Below, piece by piece: positions 46,113-56,307 of a stretch of DNA of 64,000 nt. The position numbers and the translations under genes were made by a program. The DNA lies in assembly GCF_003334385.1 (NCBI RefSeq), contig NZ_QOWN01000022.1; one strand, 5' to 3'. The notes beneath the pieces were generated by a model. That model was given only the letters and a program-made list of their open reading frames with translations, was not told the DNA's origin and made no database searches. The first letter of the stretch is position 1. Every line of letters starts with the position of its first letter. Source of the stretch: Escherichia coli. GTDB taxonomy: Bacteria; Pseudomonadota; Gammaproteobacteria; Enterobacterales; Enterobacteriaceae.

Positions 46113-46922
46113 TTATTCCTCTGAATTATCGATTACACTGTATTCCCCGGTTAATACAGAGGAATCTGCAGGATCGATTGTCAGTGGTTCCTTTTCATCC
46201 ATTGATACTGCACGCTGGATCTCAATTGATACGGGCAGATATTTGAACAGGCGACGAATAGCCGTTTTCTTTGCCATTTCTTCCCAGTGAGTTACCCACG
46301 GCCCGTTATTACCAGCTTTACTCAGGCTGCGCACCAGCTCAATCTGTTTGCGCGTCATAACTTCAAACTGAGTACCTCCGTCTTTCAGTCTTGCGACAGC
46401 ATAGACGTGGGTAACCGGGGCATCTTCGTTTTCTCCCGGGCGGTGTATTAACTTTTCATCAAGGCCAAATTCGAAGCTAAACTCGTCACCTTCACGGACA
46501 ACACGGGCTGACAGGCTGGCGATTTGACCAGAACGGCGAGCCAGATCAATCATGCCGCGATAGCCAATGATTAGCTGAACGTTCTTTTTACCGCTCTTTT
46601 CGTTTTTATTACCAAAAGGCAGTAAATATGCATGACCGAGGGCGCTACCTGGCTCAAGTCCGAGCTGTGAACACTGTACGATCGCACTGACAAAACTCAT
46701 AGTGTCACAGTTTCCTAACGCCGGAACTTTACGAATTTCTGTGGTGGCGATACGGATCATACGTTCAGCCGTCATATGGCGTGGAAGAGCTGCTGCCAGT
46801 TGCTCTTTCATTGATGGCTGGTTAATAAAACTAATCACGTCGCTATTTTTAACTGCTGCTGGTGCACGGTTTCCCTGAGTTTTTTGCAGATCGGCTTTTG
46901 CGATTGGTGGTTGCTTAGTCAT
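46113..46922 (-). CDS. recT: single-strand annealing recombinase RecT
   Basis: Start at 46922 gives a 269-aa [18 protein letters not shown] protein; overlaps the recE stop. Confidence 0.95.
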   Translation of the reverse strand: MTKQPPIAKADLQKTQGNRAPAAVKNSDVISFINQPSMKEQLAAALPRHMTAERMIRIATTEIRKVPALGNCDTMSFVSAIVQCSQLGLEPGSALGHAYLLPFGNKNEKSGKKNVQLIIGYRGMIDLARRSGQIASLSARVVREGDEFSFEFGLDEKLIHRPGENEDAPVTHVYAVARLKDGGTQFEVMTRKQIELVRSLSKAGNNGPWVTHWEEMAKKTAIRRLFKYLPVSIEIQRAVSMDEKEPLTIDPADSSVLTGEYSVIDNSEE

Positions 46923-49515
46923 TTGCATATTCCTTAGCCCAGCGGGGCAGTGATAATGTCTTAATAGCTGGCCATTCATCGGTATTCAGGCAGTCAGACA
47001 GGGTTCGCAGATTGCGGTGATATTCCTGTTGACCTGCCAGTTTTGCTTCTTCGCCCATCATGAAAATTTCAACCGGATAACGTCCGCATTCAATAGTTGT
47101 GCTGGCAACCAGAAAAACGAAAGTTGGCTGCACTCCAAACTGTGCTTCATAACCGTCACTGTAGAATGCATCCTGAACGTGATAGCGGTAGTCGTAATAA
47201 GCGGTTTTGAATCGTTGAATATCCGCCGTAGTTTTCACGTCCATGATCCAGTGAAATTCAGGGATAATTTTGTCCGGACGGCACCGACACAAAATTCCTG
47301 TTTCAGGATCTTCCCAGTAAATTGATGATTCAGCGTGTCCGGCGCTTTCAACAAGCCATTGCCCCAGCGGCAAAGCCATAACGCTTTGATACATGAGTTC
47401 AATTTTCCGGCCTTCTTCCGCAGTGATAACCGTTTTTCCTGTGCTTGCGCATTCCATCAGAAACGCTTTCTCTTCTTCTTTTCCGGCGTTTGTACGGCGG
47501 TTAAATTCAGGTGCTACGATAAAGCGGTTACTGAATTCTTCCGGTTCAAGTACCCGGCAGTGGAAAGCAGTTCCTAAATCGAGCGTTTTTGTCTTTGTGG
47601 TGTTCACGGGGGCATTTTTACGCCACAAATATAGTGCCGGAGTATCAGCAATGTCATCGAGCTGAGACTTACTGATACCGGGACCCGCGTGGTAATTCTC
47701 ATTCGAAATTCCGTAATAAATACCTGGCTCTATGTCTTCTACGATTACGGGATCTGCGACTTCGCCAGTTTCATCACTGCAATCGCGATGCGGATCGCTG
47801 CCAGCATTCTCATTGTGCGGATGTTCAGCGCCTTCCATTTCCTCCGGATCATTTTCCTTAGCTTCAACCTGACTCTCTTCATCGAATGTTTCCTGGTATG
47901 TTGCGTCGCCCATCACCGCACCACAGTCAGGGCCGTTATCCCCGCCAGTCTGGCCGCAGGCATTGCAGGCTATTTCCGGTTCCTGTTGCACTACTGGCTC
48001 AGGTTGATTCATATCTGGGCTGGTTTTTTCCGTTTCTGGCTGGTTCTGGTACACACAATCGCGAGTCTGGATCCCCTTTACCCATTTCGGATCGTTCGGG
48101 TCGCTAATTCCGTCAACAAATTCACCACGTGATGCAGCAAGCAATTTATCGGCATCGACAGGATTTTTTGATGGAATGTTTTTCCGGGCTTCATGGAGTT
48201 CTGCCCGCAGTTCCTGATATTTCGCATCAACAGAATTTACCTGTGACTGAGCATCCAGCGGCTGCGTGTCCTGATGATGTTCAGTTGCGTCCGGTTCCAT
48301 TGTTTCAGCCTCTCCCTGTTCAACTGCCGTTGTTCCAGATGGTTGCGGTTTTTCTTCATCATCCTGTTTTCCTTCTTCTGTTACTCGCTGCGGCATCGGG
48401 GCAGAGGAGCGACCGCAGGCAATATCCACGATTTCCGGATCAGGGTTGGCATGATCGGTTTCAGTCAGTACTTTGTTCAGATATTCAGTGACGTGCGCGG
48501 GGATGACCTCGATCCCAATTGGTGCTTCTTTTACGGACGCAACCACGATGGCGCGCGAATAATCCAGCCCGCCAGGCATGGTGATGAATTTGTCGCGGAA
48601 AACAGAAAAGGGCGGTTTATTTTCAGCGATAATTTCCTCAATGCGTTTAGCGTGTGCCGGATGAAGGTTATAGATGTCCAGATCCATTGAACGGGCCAGT
48701 ACGCCAGTGGCTACGTCGCGCGCCAGTGACGTCAGATCGTGTACGAAACCTTCGCCGCGATCGGTGAGGTTTCCGCCGCCAGCATTAGCACCGGAAGCCG
48801 TGCGAGTGATGTGTGAAACACGATTACCCTTCATCCACTCTTTTGTCAGCAGTCCTCGATCGGTGTAGTCAGCGTTCAGGTATGCTTCGAAAAAAGCAGT
48901 TATCAGTCCCAGGTTTGAATTACCAGGATTAGGGAAAACTTTGTCAGTGTCACGAACCAGTTTGTGGAGTTCGCGAATTTCCAGCGGGTCGAGCAGGCTG
49001 GTTTTGTGGGAAACAGCCAGGGCAGTAACAGCCGGTAGTTCTTCAGCCCGAGCAATGTGTAATGCCTGGAGTCCGTCGCGTGAAACGTGCGTTACCGGTT
49101 TTTCGCTGCCGTGTTGAGCAAGCCAACGAATGGGCAGTTCCTGGCCAGAAATTGGGAGTAGCATATTCTCCTCAATCTCAGTCATGTCTTCGCCGTTGAC
49201 GTTGGTATTGCCTTGATAGTGAGCGTTGTCTGGTGCTGCTCCCGGTTTTAGTTCCCATGTCATGGAGTCTTTGCTGAGTTGATAGCGTTCACTCCAGGTA
49301 AAATCGATCTCACCTTCAGCGGGCAGGTCATTAACGACAGGAAAATTCGTGGCAACAGCTTTAAAATAGCTGCTCAGTTTTTTACCTGACTTAACGATCA
49401 GGTAGTCCAGAGTGGCACAGGTCGATTCAAAATCGTTGCTTGCCCACAGGACGACGTCAGGTTCACCGGATGATTTTTTCGCTTTCCGTAACAGGAAGAG
49501 TGGTTTTGTGCTCAT
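46915..49515 (-). CDS. recE: exodeoxyribonuclease VIII
   Basis: 866-aa ORF with a C-terminal PD-(D/E)XK-type exonuclease domain; recognised as RecE. Confidence 0.95.
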   Translation of the reverse strand: MSTKPLFLLRKAKKSSGEPDVVLWASNDFESTCATLDYLIVKSGKKLSSYFKAVATNFPVVNDLPAEGEIDFTWSERYQLSKDSMTWELKPGAAPDNAHYQGNTNVNGEDMTEIEENMLLPISGQELPIRWLAQHGSEKPVTHVSRDGLQALHIARAEELPAVTALAVSHKTSLLDPLEIRELHKLVRDTDKVFPNPGNSNLGLITAFFEAYLNADYTDRGLLTKEWMKGNRVSHITRTASGANAGGGNLTDRGEGFVHDLTSLARDVATGVLARSMDLDIYNLHPAHAKRIEEIIAENKPPFSVFRDKFITMPGGLDYSRAIVVASVKEAPIGIEVIPAHVTEYLNKVLTETDHANPDPEIVDIACGRSSAPMPQRVTEEGKQDDEEKPQPSGTTAVEQGEAETMEPDATEHHQDTQPLDAQSQVNSVDAKYQELRAELHEARKNIPSKNPVDADKLLAASRGEFVDGISDPNDPKWVKGIQTRDCVYQNQPETEKTSPDMNQPEPVVQQEPEIACNACGQTGGDNGPDCGAVMGDATYQETFDEESQVEAKENDPEEMEGAEHPHNENAGSDPHRDCSDETGEVADPVIVEDIEPGIYYGISNENYHAGPGISKSQLDDIADTPALYLWRKNAPVNTTKTKTLDLGTAFHCRVLEPEEFSNRFIVAPEFNRRTNAGKEEEKAFLMECASTGKTVITAEEGRKIELMYQSVMALPLGQWLVESAGHAESSIYWEDPETGILCRCRPDKIIPEFHWIMDVKTTADIQRFKTAYYDYRYHVQDAFYSDGYEAQFGVQPTFVFLVASTTIECGRYPVEIFMMGEEAKLAGQQEYHRNLRTLSDCLNTDEWPAIKTLSLPRWAKEYAND

Positions 49516-49616
49516 TGTTTTTTAACCTCAACTCAGATTAAAATTCGTTTTGTTCAGTGAATGATCTTGCCGGATACACACTGTTCATAGCCTGCGCCAT
49601 ACGCAGGCTATTTCTT

Positions 49617-49892
49617 TCAGATTTCACCTTTTAATTTCATTGCAATTAGAGTTGCCAGAAATTCGGCTTTTTTTTCTGCGGGCAGATTCTTTCCGATATG
49701 CACCAGGCACATTTTTTTGACACCTTCATCAAGTGTTTTTACGTTGCCTGATGGACCATCGATATCAACCACAGTGAATGGGGTTTCTTTATTTTCTGTT
49801 TTAATTACGTAGCCAATGCGCTTTCCTTCCAGATTCACCTCGTGAACAATGTCATCGGTAGTTACAACAGTGGCTTCATAATTGGTAATCAT
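49617..49892 (-). CDS. racC: Rac prophage protein RacC
   Basis: Start at 49892 gives a 91-aa MITNYEATVVTTDDIVHEV protein. Confidence 0.85.
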   Translation of the reverse strand: MITNYEATVVTTDDIVHEVNLEGKRIGYVIKTENKETPFTVVDIDGPSGNVKTLDEGVKKMCLVHIGKNLPAEKKAEFLATLIAMKLKGEI

Positions 49893-49966
49893 GTTTTTCT
49901 CCTTAATTAAGGTTGAGCGAATACCTGCCATTTCTGGCATAAATTCAGTTTCGAATAGTCAATTAA

Positions 49967-50137
49967 TTAAAGTTCATGTGCCATCTGGTCTTTTTCGGCA
50001 CAAGCTTCACTGCAATATTTTCTCGGTTCGTCTTTTGATAAAATCCCGTGCATGAAGTGAAGCATTCTTTCAATAGCTTTGCTTTTTTCAACGTCTTTTT
50101 TGCAAAGGTGGTAAGCACATTTTATTTTCTTAGTCAT
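49967..50137 (-). CDS. ydaE: small Cys-rich protein YdaE
   Basis: My own translation; below the track cutoff. [56 protein letters not shown], 56 aa. Its ATG overlaps the kilR stop (ATGA). Confidence 0.8.
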   Translation of the reverse strand: MTKKIKCAYHLCKKDVEKSKAIERMLHFMHGILSKDEPRKYCSEACAEKDQMAHEL

Positions 50138-50358
50138 CACCATGACTCCGCCTTTACAGGTAAACCATCACGACCGAGGAAGACTTTAATCATGCGGTCA
50201 GTAATGCATGTTTTTGTGGTCAGGTTACGAATATATAGTTTTCGCTTTTTAATATTGTTTGCCGAGGCAATATATGTCCGGCCTTCATGAAGAACATAAT
50301 CGCCAGGAGTCACACACTGACGTGGTATTTCATCAGTTCCGAAGTGATGTGCAATCAT
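50137..50358 (-). CDS. kilR: FtsZ-targeting cell division inhibitor KilR
   Basis: 73-aa [24 protein letters not shown]; recognised as KilR. Confidence 0.9.
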   Translation of the reverse strand: MIAHHFGTDEIPRQCVTPGDYVLHEGRTYIASANNIKKRKLYIRNLTTKTCITDRMIKVFLGRDGLPVKAESW

Positions 50359-50799
50359 AATTATCTCCATTTTTACAAATGAACTTTGTTGATGCGGTGC
50401 CTGGTGCCTCCAGGTGACTGCAACCAGTTAACAATTACAGTCGGCTTTCCCACCCAAACCAATAAGGACTAACATGACTTTTAACTGTGCCACGTGCGCT
50501 TAGCCGCATTCACCGCATCACAAAATTCACTTTAAAAAGGGCGGACATCAGCCGAACTTCAAGAAAAAAACTGATGCCGCCAGGACTACACACAGCAATG
50601 TCGTTATTTACAACCGGAGGCGCACTCCCACCATTTAAATTTAACAGACAAGACCGACTCTTTATGGATATCGGAAATGCGCCTTCGTGTTGTGCCCGGT
50701 TTTATTTCACCACCTCCGGGCTTCGGTGGTCTCGGCTATACCCCTACAGCGAGAGCTTGTGTTAACATTTCAATACCCTTACAGTTGAGAGTTATTGAT

Positions 50800-51288
50800 A
50801 TGTTGGATGTATTTACTCCATTGTTGAAACTTTTTGCTAACGAGCCACTCGAAAGACTTATGTATACGATTATCATTTTTGGTCTCACTCTCTGGCTGAT
50901 ACCGAAAGAGTTTACTGTCGCATTCAATGCTTATACTGAAATACCTTGGCTCTTTCAGATTATCGTTTTTGCCTTTTCTTTCGTGGTCGCCATTTCCTTC
51001 TCAAGATTGCGAGCACATATTCAAAAGCATTATTCATTACTACCAGAGCAACGAGTATTGCTTCGTTTATCTGAGAAAGAAATCGCTGTATTTAAAGATT
51101 TCCTTAAAACAGGAAATCTTATTATCACTTCTCCTTGCCGTAACCCGGTTATGAAAAAATTAGAACGGAAGGGCATCATTCAACATCAGAGTGATAGCGC
51201 AAACTGTTCTTATTATCTCGTCACCGAAAAATACTCCCATTTTATGAAGTTATTCTGGAACAGCAGGAGTAGACGTTTTAATCGTTAG
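50800..51288 (+). CDS. sieB: superinfection exclusion protein B
   Basis: ATG at 50800 gives a 162-aa MLDVFTPLLKLFANEPLERLMY protein with two TM segments. The track's 203-aa form adds an implausible N-terminal extension. Confidence 0.9.
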   Translation: MLDVFTPLLKLFANEPLERLMYTIIIFGLTLWLIPKEFTVAFNAYTEIPWLFQIIVFAFSFVVAISFSRLRAHIQKHYSLLPEQRVLLRLSEKEIAVFKDFLKTGNLIITSPCRNPVMKKLERKGIIQHQSDSANCSYYLVTEKYSHFMKLFWNSRSRRFNR

Positions 51289-51440
51289 CTTACTGTGTGC
51301 TTCTCCAACCATCGGCGCGCACCAGTTTCGGTTTTAAATATTTTGCTTTTTGTATACGTCATCGCGGTGAACGTTCCATCCTGGTTGGGGAACACGCCGC
51401 ACACCAGGGATTCGTTATTGCGGAGGTCGATTTTTTGCAT
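51285..51440 (-). CDS. ydaF: Rac prophage small protein YdaF
   Basis: My own translation. MQKIDLRNNESLVCGVFPNQDGTFTAMTYTKSKIFKTETGARRWLEKHTVS, 51 aa. Its stop overlaps the sieB stop convergently. Confidence 0.75.
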   Translation of the reverse strand: MQKIDLRNNESLVCGVFPNQDGTFTAMTYTKSKIFKTETGARRWLEKHTVS

Positions 51441-51450
51441 TTTTCGCACC

Positions 51451-51585
51451 TCACATTTTGTTGTTGCGGATAGAGGCTTCTGCCTGCCAGAGATCCCAGT
51501 CGTTGCTGCGTAAAGCCTGCACAGCCTGGTTGTAAGTGATGCCGCAACAATCCATCAAATACTGAACTACTTCGTAATGCACCAT
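51451..51585 (-). CDS. ydaG: Rac prophage small protein YdaG
   Basis: My own translation. MVHYEVVQYLMDCCGITYNQAVQALRSNDWDLWQAEASIRNNKM, 44 aa, preceded by ggagagataag. Confidence 0.75.
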   Translation of the reverse strand: MVHYEVVQYLMDCCGITYNQAVQALRSNDWDLWQAEASIRNNKM

Positions 51586-51754
51586 CTTATCTCTCCCCTT
51601 AACGCCGGGTGGCGGAACTAACTGCTGCACTGCAAAATTTGAATCCCGCCGTCATGTTCATACGCCTCGGGCTGGCTACTTAACCCCTTACCACTGCCTG
51701 GTAACTCGAAGTATTGCCCGGCGTTCTGTGGGGCGGGGTGGGTGGTATGCTGGA

Positions 51755-51823
51755 ACTATAGGTAATGCCTAATTGATTGTCAATAGGTTATGCCTAATGT
51801 TTTGAGCGTAACCTAATAGGTGA
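51755..51823 (-). promoter_or_regulatory. PL-like promoter with three repressor operators
   Basis: On the minus strand: -35 TTGACA (51783-51778), a 17-nt spacer, and -10 TATAGT (51760-51755). The 15-bp 6-3-6 sites are ATAGGTAATGCCTAA (51758-51772), ATAGGTTATGCCTAA (51783-51797) and the degenerate TAACCTAATAGGTGA (51809-51823). Confidence 0.65.
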
Positions 51824-51893
51824 TGGCGACAGCAGAAAGTGATGGGGGGGTTAAATAACGGAATCCAGGAGTTTTCCGTCAGACCATATAAGT

Positions 51894-52370
51894 TTAAGTT
51901 CCAGTTTTTGTGATGTTCTGGCTTTTCCGTTCAGATTCTAGAGCTTTCAGATACTTACCCACTTTCATTTCCATCGCTGCTATGTAGGCGCGAACATCGT
52001 GGTCAACCCAATCTGGTTCTGTAGCATTTCCAGATAACAGGAAAGCTACAATCGCTCTTATTTCATCAGAGGCTGCTTGATAAAGGTTGTTTATATCTAA
52101 AAGTTCACTTTTTGTATCTGAATTGGTGGGGGTTGGTATGGGGTATTCGTTAAGCCCCCAATGCTCTGGACCAACAACATCAGAAAAGAAACGCCATAAT
52201 TCTGGAAGTTTATCTTTACTTATAGAGCCTTTCTTAATCCAGTCATAAATTGATGGTGGTTGGACTTTGAAGTGGCGTGCGACCTCCGCCTTTGATTTGA
52301 CGGATCCCGATGCGATTTTTTTGTTAATGGCCTGCTCTATCGCTCGGCCTAAGTCTTTACCACTAAGCAT
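51894..52370 (-). CDS. racR: CI-like prophage repressor
   Basis: 158-aa ORF with an N-terminal HTH (SKAEVARHFKVQPPSIYDWIKK), divergent from the Cro-like ydaS. Confidence 0.92.
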   Translation of the reverse strand: MLSGKDLGRAIEQAINKKIASGSVKSKAEVARHFKVQPPSIYDWIKKGSISKDKLPELWRFFSDVVGPEHWGLNEYPIPTPTNSDTKSELLDINNLYQAASDEIRAIVAFLLSGNATEPDWVDHDVRAYIAAMEMKVGKYLKALESERKSQNITKTGT

Positions 52371-52398
52371 TGCTTAATATTCTCCTATGCGCATTACA

Positions 52399-52467
52399 TT
52401 AGGCAATCCCTACCCTTATCGCATTAGGCATAGCCTATTGACAATTGCGTTAGGCGTAGCCTAATAT
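52399..52467 (+). promoter_or_regulatory. PR-like promoter with three repressor operators
   Basis: -35 TTGACA (52438-52443), an 18-nt spacer, and -10 TAATAT (52462-52467). The sites are TTAGGCAATCCCTAC (52399-52413), TTAGGCATAGCCTAT (52424-52438) and the perfect palindrome TTAGGCGTAGCCTAA (52450-52464). Confidence 0.7.
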
Positions 52468-52493
52468 TTCTGTGTGTTTTTGGAGTTCATTCG

Positions 52494-52790
52494 ATGAAAA
52501 AAGAGAACTATTCATTCAAGCAAGCTTGTGCTGTTGTCGGTGGGCAATCAGCAATGGCTAGGCTTTTAGGTGTATCACCTCCAAGCGTAAATCAATGGAT
52601 CAAAGGGGTACGTCAATTGCCTGCCGAGAGATGTCCAGCAATTGAACGTGCAACAAGAGGTGAGGTTCTGTGCGAAGAACTTCGTCCTGATATTGACTGG
52701 TCATATTTACGACGTTCGGCATGTTGTTCGCAGAATATGTCAGTGAAGCAACTAAATGACAGTAACAAATCCTCATTTGATCATACCTGA
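52494..52790 (+). CDS. ydaS: Cro/CII-like HTH protein (toxic when derepressed)
   Basis: 98-aa ORF with HTH QSAMARLLGVSPPSVNQWIKG; first gene of the rightward operon. Confidence 0.9.
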   Translation: MKKENYSFKQACAVVGGQSAMARLLGVSPPSVNQWIKGVRQLPAERCPAIERATRGEVLCEELRPDIDWSYLRRSACCSQNMSVKQLNDSNKSSFDHT

Positions 52791-52812
52791 AACATCAAGA
52801 GGCAAATGATTC

Positions 52813-53235
52813 ATGAAAATCAAGCATGAGCACATCGAATCAGTGTTGTTTGCCCTGGCAGCCGAAAAAGGGCAGGCATGGGTAGCCAATGCAATTACTG
52901 AAGAATATCTGCGCCAGGGGGGCGGCGAATTGCCCCTGGTTCCAGGCAAGGACTGGAACAATCAGCAGAATATCTATCACCGTTGGTTGAAAGGTGAAAC
53001 GAAAACGCAAAGAGAAAAAATTCAGAAGCTGATCCCAGCAATTCTGGCAATCCTTCCGCGCGAGCTGCGTCACCGATTCTGCATCTTCGATACCCTGGAA
53101 CGCCGTGCATTACTGGCGGCGCAGGAAGCGTTAAGTACGGCAATTGATGCGCATGATGATGCAGTCCAAGCCGTTTACCGGAAAGCGCATTTCAGCGGCG
53201 GCGGGTCTTCCGACGATTCTGTCATTGTTCATTAA
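52813..53235 (+). CDS. ydaT: Rac prophage protein YdaT
   Basis: 140-aa ORF MKIKHEHIESVLFALAAEKGQAW in the conserved position after ydaS. Confidence 0.88.
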   Translation: MKIKHEHIESVLFALAAEKGQAWVANAITEEYLRQGGGELPLVPGKDWNNQQNIYHRWLKGETKTQREKIQKLIPAILAILPRELRHRFCIFDTLERRALLAAQEALSTAIDAHDDAVQAVYRKAHFSGGGSSDDSVIVH

Positions 53236-53247
53236 GCAAAAGTTTCC

Positions 53248-54105
53248 ATGCTGTTTGTGCTTATTCTAAGCAACCGGGCAGCATCATACGGGGCAATTAT
53301 GGCCGCATTACCATACATGCAACTGTACATAGCTGATTACCTGGCTGACACCATGCATTTGTCAGCAGAGGAGCACGGTGCGTATTTGTTGCTGATGTTC
53401 AATTACTGGCAAACAGGAAAGCCAATACCCAAAAACAGGCTGGTAAAAATTGCCCGCCTGACTAACGAGCGATGGGCTGATGTTGAACCATCCTTGCGGG
53501 AGTTTTTTTGCGATAACGGCGAGGAATGGGTGCATCTTCGGATTGAGGAAGATCTGGCATCAGTCAGGGAAAAATTAACCAAAAAATCAGCCGCAGGAAA
53601 AGCATCGGTTCAGGCCAGAAGAAGCAGAAAGGAAGCAGATGTTCAAACAAAACAAGAGAGAAATTTAACAGGTGTTCAAACAGATGTTGAAGTGGTGTTT
53701 GAACATGATGTCAACACAAAGGCAACTAATAAAGATACAGATAAAGATCTAAAAACAGATCCCCCCCTAAATCCCCCCCGGGGGAATCGAGGTGTTAAAA
53801 AGTTTGACCCTCTGGATATTGCTTTGCCGAACTGGATTTCTGTCTCGCTTTGGCGTGAGTGGGTTGAATTTCGCCAGGCATTGCGTAAACCGATTCGAAC
53901 GGAGCAGGGCGCTAACGGGGCGATACGGGAGCTGGAAAAATTCCGCCAGCAGGGTTTTTCACCTGAGCAGGTGATTAGACACAGCATTGCCCATGAATAC
54001 CAGGGCTTGTTTGCGCCGAAAGGCGTTCGGCCTGAGACGTTGCTTCGACAGGTTAACACCGTCTCGTTTCCGGACAGTGCGATCCCACCAGGCTTCAGGG
54101 GGTAA
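53248..54105 (+). CDS. ydaU: replication initiator-like protein (DUF1376, lambda O analog)
   Basis: 285-aa ORF; the N-terminal YMQLYIADYLADTMHLSAEEHGAYLLLMFNYW matches the DUF1376 pattern. Confidence 0.88.
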   Translation: MLFVLILSNRAASYGAIMAALPYMQLYIADYLADTMHLSAEEHGAYLLLMFNYWQTGKPIPKNRLVKIARLTNERWADVEPSLREFFCDNGEEWVHLRIEEDLASVREKLTKKSAAGKASVQARRSRKEADVQTKQERNLTGVQTDVEVVFEHDVNTKATNKDTDKDLKTDPPLNPPRGNRGVKKFDPLDIALPNWISVSLWREWVEFRQALRKPIRTEQGANGAIRELEKFRQQGFSPEQVIRHSIAHEYQGLFAPKGVRPETLLRQVNTVSFPDSAIPPGFRG

Positions 54106-54111
54106 CGAAGC

Positions 54112-54858
54112 ATGAAAAATATTGCGACAGGCGGCGTTCTGGAACGTATCCGCAGACTGGCCCCGCCACATGTAACCGCGCCATTCAGGACGGTGGCGGA
54201 GTGGCGCGAGTGGCAACTTGCAGAAGGCCAGAAACGTTGTGAGGAGATCAACCGTCAGAATCGTCAGTTGCGGGTGGAAAAAATCCTGAATCGCTCCGGC
54301 ATCCAGTCGTTGCACCGCAAATGCTCGTTTTCGAATTACCAGGTGCAGAACGAAGGGCAGCGATACGCGTTGAGTCAGGCGAAATCCATCGCTGATGAAC
54401 TGATGACCGGGTGTACAAATTTTGCGTTCAGCGGAAAACCTGGTACCGGAAAAAACCATCTGGCGGCGGCTATCGGGAATCGCCTGCTGAAAGATGGCCA
54501 GACAGTGATTGTGGTTACCGTGGCTGATGTCATGAGTGCCCTACACGCCAGCTATGACGACGGGCAATCAGGCGAAAAATTTTTGCGGGAACTGTGCCAA
54601 GTGGATCTGCTGGTTCTTGATGAAATTGGCATTCAGCGCGAGACAAAAAACGAGCAGGTGGTGCTGCACCAGATTGTTGATCGCCGGACAGCGTCGATGC
54701 GCAGCGTGGGGATGCTGACAAACCTGAATTATGAGGCCATGAAAACATTGCTCGGCGAGAGGATTATGGATCGCATGACCATGAACGGCGGGCGATGGGT
54801 GAATTTTAACTGGGAGAGCTGGCGTCCGAATGTCGTCCAGCCAGGAATTGCGAAGTAA
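54112..54858 (+). CDS. ydaV: DnaC/IstB-like helicase-loader ATPase
   Basis: 248-aa ORF with Walker [10 protein letters not shown] and Walker B LLVLDEIG. Confidence 0.92.
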   Translation: MKNIATGGVLERIRRLAPPHVTAPFRTVAEWREWQLAEGQKRCEEINRQNRQLRVEKILNRSGIQSLHRKCSFSNYQVQNEGQRYALSQAKSIADELMTGCTNFAFSGKPGTGKNHLAAAIGNRLLKDGQTVIVVTVADVMSALHASYDDGQSGEKFLRELCQVDLLVLDEIGIQRETKNEQVVLHQIVDRRTASMRSVGMLTNLNYEAMKTLLGERIMDRMTMNGGRWVNFNWESWRPNVVQPGIAK

Positions 54859-54880
54859 TTTTTACCGGGAGAAAAATTTA

Positions 54881-55642
54881 ATGGAGACTGTTTTTGACGC
54901 ACTGAAAGCAATGGGAAAAGCTACATCCATAGAACTTGCTGCGCGACTTGATATCAGCCGTGAAGAAGTGCTGAACGAACTATGGGAACTGAAAAAGGCT
55001 GGTTTCGTTGATAAAAGCGCGTACACCTGGCGTGTGGCTGATAACAACGTTCAGCAGGAACAGCCAGCGCCGGCAGAACTGCCGGAAGAAACTACCACGG
55101 CAACAGTCGCGAAAATTTCAGAGAGCGATTTAACTGCGACGATTGAACAACGTGGTCCACTAACTGCGGATGAACTGGCTACGTTGTTCGGTACCACATC
55201 CCGCAAAGTGGCTTCAACGCTGGCAATGGCAATCAGCAAAGCTCGTCTGATTCGCGTTAATCAGAACGGTAAATTTCGTTACTGCATGCCGGGCGGTAAT
55301 TTACCAGCAGAGCCGAAAGCTGCATCGGTAGCGGAAACAGATGGTAAAGCCTTTCCTCAGCTAGCCGGTGTTGCGTTACCAGTACAGGAAGCTGCAACAC
55401 AGGAAGATATTAAAACAGAAACTGTGGCGGACATTGTGCAGTCGTTGCCATCGTTTACTGAAACGCAAGCGGATAACCTGATTTTACCATCGCTGCATAT
55501 GGCAAACCGTGAACTGCGTCGGGCGAAAAATCATGTCCAGAAGTGGGAGCGAGTCTGCGCCGCGCTGCGGGAGCTGAACAAGCACCGGGATATTGTTCGA
55601 CAGATTACTGATTCTTCCCGCCGTGTTGTATCGGAAAAGTGA
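54881..55642 (+). CDS. winged-helix phage protein (DUF1627-like), full-length counterpart of K-12 ydaW
   Basis: ATG at 54881 after gggaga gives [43 protein letters not shown], a MarR-like wHTH. The track start at 54830 overlaps ydaV and is less likely. Confidence 0.7.
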   Translation: METVFDALKAMGKATSIELAARLDISREEVLNELWELKKAGFVDKSAYTWRVADNNVQQEQPAPAELPEETTTATVAKISESDLTATIEQRGPLTADELATLFGTTSRKVASTLAMAISKARLIRVNQNGKFRYCMPGGNLPAEPKAASVAETDGKAFPQLAGVALPVQEAATQEDIKTETVADIVQSLPSFTETQADNLILPSLHMANRELRRAKNHVQKWERVCAALRELNKHRDIVRQITDSSRRVVSEK

Positions 55643-55657
55643 TTGCCGAAGGCGCTT

Positions 55658-56089
55658 ATGGCAAAAGTATTTACACAAGAAGAGCGAGAAAAAATTAAAG
55701 GGCAGGTTGTTGAGCTAGTACGCCGGAGTGGGCGCGAGACGTTACGGCAACTGGAAGCCAAGACAGGTGCGACAAGATATCTGATGAGCGTTCTCGCCAG
55801 AGAGCTGGTTGCCAGTGGCGATGTATACAACTCTGGTTACGGGTTATTCCCGTCTGAACAGGCTCGTAAGGACTGGCAAAATGCCCGCAAAAAACTATCT
55901 AGGGCAAAGGTGAAGAAACCATCTGTGGTTGATCCGGACCTTATCTGGTCATTACCAGACGGAGAAATACGCCGCTACGACAGGCGTCTGAACATAATCT
56001 GTCGCGAGTGCCGGAAGAGCGAAGTTATGCAGCGTGTGCTGGCGTTTTATCAGAATGGTTTTCGAGAGAGGCTTGGAGATCAGGGATGA
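55658..56089 (+). CDS. hypothetical phage protein
   Basis: 143-aa ORF from ATG 55658 (the track start at 55643 is TTG). It opens with a wHTH-like N-terminus (VELVRRSGRETLRQLEAKTGATRYLMSVLARELVASG). GC-normal, last gene before the AT-rich island. Confidence 0.6.
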   Translation: MAKVFTQEEREKIKGQVVELVRRSGRETLRQLEAKTGATRYLMSVLARELVASGDVYNSGYGLFPSEQARKDWQNARKKLSRAKVKKPSVVDPDLIWSLPDGEIRRYDRRLNIICRECRKSEVMQRVLAFYQNGFRERLGDQG

Positions 56090-56307
56090 ATAGAACGATG
56101 AAGGATGGAAGCTACATATTCTCGGTACTAAGATTTATTTTTCTGACACAAAATGACCATTTGGCGTTACATAATCCCAAAAAAACGTATCAAAAATCTC
56201 AAAATGCGTTACGATTAGAGAGTATTTTGATTCTGCGTGCTCATTTTTTGATTGCTGTGGCTTTTTGTTGTGGGAGTGTTGAATGGATTATTTATCAGAA
56301 GTGTTAA
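56086..56307 (+). CDS. possible small hydrophobic ORF at the island's left edge (speculative)
   Basis: An internal ATG of the track ORF 56008-56307, preceded by GGAGA at 56075-56079. ATGA overlap with the upstream stop; 25-nt overlap with the ATPase start. 73 aa with hydrophobic stretches YIFSVLRFIFL and ILILRAHFLIAVAFCCG. Confidence 0.25.
   Translation: MNRTMKDGSYIFSVLRFIFLTQNDHLALHNPKKTYQKSQNALRLESILILRAHFLIAVAFCCGSVEWIIYQKC

Noticed and set aside
47017-48868. Series of plus-strand ORFs (102, 80, 90, 147, 73, 120, 138 and 64 aa) inside recE
   Set aside because: They are antisense shadow frames of the 866-aa recE gene, overlap one another in several frames, and carry no motifs.
50487-50799. 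92-aa ORF at 50487-50765 and the 41-codon N-terminal extension of sieB offered by the track (start 50677)
   Set aside because: - Neither has an SD.
- The sequence is Pro/Gly/Arg-rich and lies in a non-coding spacer.
- The ATG at 50800 reproduces the 162-aa SieB protein I recognise.
- The GC-rich hairpin at about 50706-50727 (accacc...ggtggt) looks like RNA/DNA structure rather than coding sequence.
51359-51550. 63-aa minus-strand ORF in the track
   Set aside because: It is in the wrong frame. The same DNA encodes the recognisable small Rac proteins YdaF (51 aa) and YdaG (44 aa) in other frames, each with its own SD.
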